A DNA stretch of 64,000 nt. Source: Macrostomum lignano. Its lineage: Eukaryota. Below are positions 59,661-64,000 of the stretch, piece after piece. The DNA is taken from NCBI GenBank assembly GCA_002269645.1, contig NIVC01002629.1, forward strand, positions 32,670-96,669, read 5' to 3'. Below the pieces are notes generated by a model. It searched no databases, was not told the DNA's origin, and saw only the letters and a list, made by a program, of their open reading frames with translations. The translations under genes were made by a program, and so were the position numbers. Every line of letters starts with the position of its first letter. Positions within the stretch are counted from its first letter, which is position 1.

Positions 59661-60715
59661 ATCTAAAACAGGCTGTACCGCCCGAACAAGTTCACGGCGG
59701 GGATTCCGGAAGGGGTGGCATGGGTTCAAGAGGATTAAAACTTGAAAAGCTATTCGGAAAGTACGCAAGAGTTGCTCTGTTCTCCGGGGGGGGGGGGGGG
59801 CTAATGAGCCGGTGCCGCGACTTCTCTCTGTCCATCCCCGTTCGTGAGATCTGAGCAGTCGAGTAACTGGGCTGATCAAAGCGACTCTCGAGGCTTGAAG
59901 GCAAACTTGAGAACGGGCGAGCCTTCGGATTCACCCTCGTTAGCGCCGAGGCCACTGCTGGATGCGAAAAGTCCAGCCAAGGGGATATTTCCCCATGCCC
60001 TCCTTTGTTTCCTCCCTTCCCAATGCGTTCATTTGGGTTGAAACAAAACTCACCCCAGCTGGAGGCGTCAAGTGAGGACAGGGGGGAGGGGCGTGTGCCG
60101 ACCCTCAGCTTCCCTGATGAAGACGCGCGCGCACTTCATTTGCGTCCCCAACTCCGCATGTCCCCCCTTCCCACTTCCCCAATTCAGAAAGCATTTTCTT
60201 GGCCTGTTGTTGGTCCTTTCCCGCCTTATTTTCCTGGCCAGATATTTCAGATAGATTTATGACCCATCCAGGCGGAATTGCTCCATCAATGGGCCAACCA
60301 ATACGCGGGAGCGTCAGTTGGTGCGCATCGCAACAAGTTCGGCTTATTGGTATAGCTCGAACAGGAGGGGGTGGGCCTGTCGGCCTGGCCAGGGCTGGTC
60401 TGAATGACAGGCAGTTAACAGGGAATTCCAATGTCACCGGGTGCTGCTGCCCAGGCCGAAACTGAGGACCGCAGGGCCAACAGAGAGGAATTTCGAGGAC
60501 GTACCGGAGAGAGGCTGTCGGTTCTGGGACTTGCGTGCCTCTCAACCCAAGGAGTGCCTTGCAAGCCGGAAGCTGAATACGCCTTGCAGAGCATTGGCAG
60601 CGTTTGACTGAAGCGTGGCTTTTTAAAAAGAATTTCCCGGTCATCGGGCATTTAGTACTTTCTGTCTATGATTAAGGATATGTAATATTTAATCAGCAAT
60701 ATGTGATCATTTATC

Positions 60716-61275
60716 TGAAGTGAGTCTGAGTGGGTCTGAGTGAGTCTGAGTAAATCTGAGTGAGTCTGAGTGAGTCTGAGTGAGTCTGAGTGAGTCTGAG
60801 TGAGTCTGAGTGAGTCTGAGTGAGTCTGAGTGAGTATGAGTGAGTCTGAGTGAGCCTGAGTGAGTCTGAGTGAGTCTGAGTGAGTCTGAGTGAGTCTGAG
60901 TGGGTCTGAGTGAGTCTGAGTGGGTCTGAGTGAGTCTGAGTAAATCTGAGTGAGTCTGAGTGGGTCTGAGTGAGTCTGAGTAAATCTGAGTGAGTCTGAG
61001 TGGGTCTGAGTGAGTTTGAGTAAATCTGAGTGAGTCTGAGTGAGTCTGAGTGAGTCTGAGTGAGTCTGAGTGAGTCTGAGTGAGTCTGAGTGAGTCTGAG
61101 TGAGTCTGAGTGGGTCTGAGTGAGTCTGAGTGGGTCTGAGTGAGTCTGAGTGAGTCTGAATGAGTCTGAGTGAGTCTGAGTGAGTCTGAGTCTGAGTATC
61201 TGAGTGAGTGAGTCTGAGTGGGTCTGAGTGAGTCTGAGTAAATCTGAGTGAGACTGAGTGAGTCTGAGTGAGTAT
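60716..61275. repeat. 10-bp GAGTGAGTCT array
   Basis: Seen directly. Confidence 0.95.
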
Positions 61276-61317
61276 AAATAAGTCTGTGAGGTGATTTTAT
61301 GTGATATGTGAATTTAT

Positions 61318-61700
61318 TGTAATGTGCATGGTGTATGACATGTAATGTGCATGGTGTATGACATGTAATGTGCATGGTGTATGACATGTAATGTGCATGG
61401 TGTATGACATGTAATGTGCATGGTGTATGACATGTAATGTGCATGGTGTATGACATGTAATGTGCATGGTGTATGACATGTAATGTGCATGGTGTATGAC
61501 ATGTAATGTGCATGGTGTATGACATGTAATGTGCATGGTGTATGACATGTAATGTGCATGGTGTATGACATGTAATGTGCATGGTGTATGACATGTAATG
61601 TGCATGGTGTATGACATGTAATGTGCATGGTGTATGACATGTAATGTGCATGGTGTATGACATGTAATGTGCATGGTGTATGACATGTGATGTGTTGATG
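61318..61700. repeat. 23-bp minisatellite CATGTAATGTGCATGGTGTATGA
   Basis: Seen directly. Confidence 0.95.
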
Positions 61701-62394
61701 CATGACATGTAAGCGACATGAACACAAAAGTGCATGAAAGATTCTCTAAAGTGGCGAAACATTCGATTTCAATTCCAGCCTCCCCACATTCAGGTTCATC
61801 CAGCAAAGTGCACACGGCTAATATGAACTCACTCCATCAAGCAGCACAGGTCCGGGGCTCCCAGACCTGTCAGAAAAGTCTGAAAAGCCATGCAGAGTGC
61901 CCGACCTAAAATCTGGACAGCAGCTGAAATCCAACGATTTTAATTGAAAAAAATAACTGAAAAAGCGCATGCTTGGCTGGGACTGCCTCCTCTCCAGATA
62001 CCTAGCCTAGAGCTCCATGGCCAGAACCATGTGGCCCAGCTGCGGGGTGTCGCTTCAATCAGGCTTGACTAGCCGAGTGCAGTGGTCGTTGGCCCAGGAT
62101 GCATTGCTTACTGTCTGCCAAGATGGAATCGGTGCCCGCTAGGAAATGGAAGTTTTGTGTCGCCCGCCCCGGTTGGCCGCAGCTTTACAATTTAAATTAC
62201 AGCATATAGCATTCCACAGTGTCATCCCAAGCCAAGATAGAAGGGGTTGAGGCGCACTGAAATTCGGTGGAGTGCGAAATCAGCCTGCAAGAGCAGTGCA
62301 CGAGTGCATCATTGATTGGTTGAAGCTGCCAAGGGTTTCAGTGTGTCTGAAATGCCTATTCAGAGACGGAAGACCGAGAAGACCGGAAAAAAGG

Positions 62395-62520
62395 AGAGAG
62401 GAAAGAGGAGAAAGGGGAAAGGGCAGAGAAGAGAGGAGAGAGGGGAGAGGAGAGAGGAGAGGAGAGAGGGGAGAGGAGAGAGGAGAGGAGAGAGGGGAGA
62501 TGAGAGGGGAGAGGAGAGGG

Positions 62521-62551
<31 letters not shown>

Positions 62552-62582
62552 GAGAGGGGAGAGGAGAGGGGAGAGGAGAGAG

Positions 62583-62613
<31 letters not shown>

Positions 62614-62658
62614 GAGAGGGGAGAGGAGAGGGGAGAGGAGAGAGGAGAGGAGAGAGGG

Positions 62659-62689
<31 letters not shown>

Positions 62690-62875
62690 GAGAGGGGAGA
62701 GGAGAGGGGAGAGGAGAAAGGGGAGAGGAGAGGGGAGAGAAGAGAGGGGAGAGGAGAGGGAGAGGAGAGAGGGGAGAGGAGAGGGAGAGGAGAGAGGGAG
62801 AGGAGAGAGGAGAGGAGAGGGAGAGGAGAGGAGAGGAGAGAGGAGAGGAGAGAGGGAAGGTGAAAAGAGAGAGAG
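62395..62875. repeat. Polypurine (GAGAG/GAGGG) low-complexity tract
   Basis: Seen directly. Confidence 0.92.
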
Positions 62876-63879
62876 GCGGGCACAGGGAGGCGAGAAGAGG
62901 CAGGGAGCGGAGGAGGAGAGCAGGCAGGAGCTGCGGAGATGTCCAGCTGGAGGCGCACAGAAACTGAGAGTGGCACAGTGGCTGCCAGCCCGGCACACTT
63001 GGCATTGATCCGCCCAGGCCCTGCATTCTGTCTGCTTATCTGAGTTCAGCGATGCTTCCACAGGAAGAAGATTCAGAAAAGAGACGGGGGCTCAGCGCTG
63101 TGCACCTTAAGTGGCGCAGCCGCCCCCGCCGCCCTATCCTGGATATCGACCCCCCCTCTCTCGGTCGGTCTGAAGTTTCCGCAGCACCTTCACAGGACGC
63201 TTCGACATAAGAAAGAAAGTCGCGATTTCCAGGTCGCGGTTCGTTGGAGTATTCGATTGGAAAAGGAAAGTGGAGAGAAAGTGAGGGAGAAGGGCAGAAG
63301 TGGTATCGGGCGGGGACTGTTGGTGTGGGTGAGCAGGGCCATATTTCAGAGCTGGGAACTGAGCTGATTGCCTCAGGCCTTCACTGGCGCGGATGCTGGC
63401 AGCTCAGGATGGGGGAGGTTATTGGAGTTACGGAGCTGCTTCATCCCAGAGAGCGGCTTTGGCGAAAACTTGCCAACACAGGGGGGGGGGCAGGGGGGGC
63501 TGCGACCCCGCCACCTGCGACCCCGCCACCAGCCAGCGAGCTGATTTGCGTCGGCTGAGAAAAGCCCAGCGATCATTCCAGCCGCCTGCTTCTGCTCGTC
63601 AGCGGCGATGAAGTTCGAGGGAGAGGCTGGGATCGGTGGGCACGGTGTCACTATTTCGAAGCGATAATTTCAGCCTGACTTATTTCTGCCAGCTATCTGG
63701 TGTGGTAGGGCGTGGGCGGAAAGCAAGCCATTGCCGGCTGCAGCTTCGGAGAGACGGAGATGAGGAAGAGAGAAGAGGAGAGTTGGAAGATGAAGGCGAA
63801 AGGGAGAAACACTGAAGAGAGGGAGAGCAGTGAGAGGAATAGTGCGGAGGTGAAGAGTAGGAGGAGAAGGAGAAGAGTA

Positions 63880-64000
63880 GAGGGGAGATGGAGAGGGAGA
63901 CAGAGGGAGAGGGAGACAGGGAGAGGGAACAGGGGGAGGAGACAGGGGGGAGGAGACAGAGGGAGAGGGAGACAGGGGGAGGGAGACAGAGGGAGAGGGA
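63880..64000. repeat. GA-rich low-complexity repeat running off the window end
   Basis: Seen directly. Confidence 0.85.

Noticed and set aside
59786-59801. Poly-G runs (also near 1535, 8696, 23548) as G-quadruplex elements
   Set aside because: Isolated homopolymers of unreliable length, with no further support.
59690-63660. Additional upstream RhoGEF exons (candidates near 59930, 60511-60612, 61830-61865, 63530-63630)
   Set aside because: Individual splice-like sites exist, but I could not build a phase-consistent chain or recognise a domain.

Overview
Animal genomic DNA with very GC-rich exons and introns filled with short tandem repeats. The style resembles the flatworm Macrostomum; this is an inference and was not verified by a search. 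Two convergent multi-exon genes could be reconstructed by hand with phase-consistent GT-AG junctions. The first is RICTOR, the mTORC2 subunit (+ strand, 7 exons, 29951-39327, first exon not located). The second is a PLEKHG5-like DH-PH RhoGEF (- strand, about 13 exons, 59226-43605). Also present: a small intronless orphan ORF that may have an Rdx/SelW-type fold (5004-5324), fragments of an unidentified minus-strand gene near the left end, a 13-kb 17-bp satellite with higher-order repeats, a 3.2-kb AT-rich island, and about 30 unrelated mini/microsatellites. The best-supported non-genic signals are: (i) a 5'-truncated Penelope-like element with a GIY-YIG ORF, a 12-bp target-site duplication and 102-bp inverted arms that each carry a minimal hammerhead ribozyme motif; (ii) intronic minisatellites built from copies of the adjacent splice donor or acceptor; (iii) six consensus NF-Y boxes plus E-boxes right after the RhoGEF stop codon. 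Most long ORFs in the supplied track are artefacts of tandem repeats or antisense shadows of GC-rich exons.
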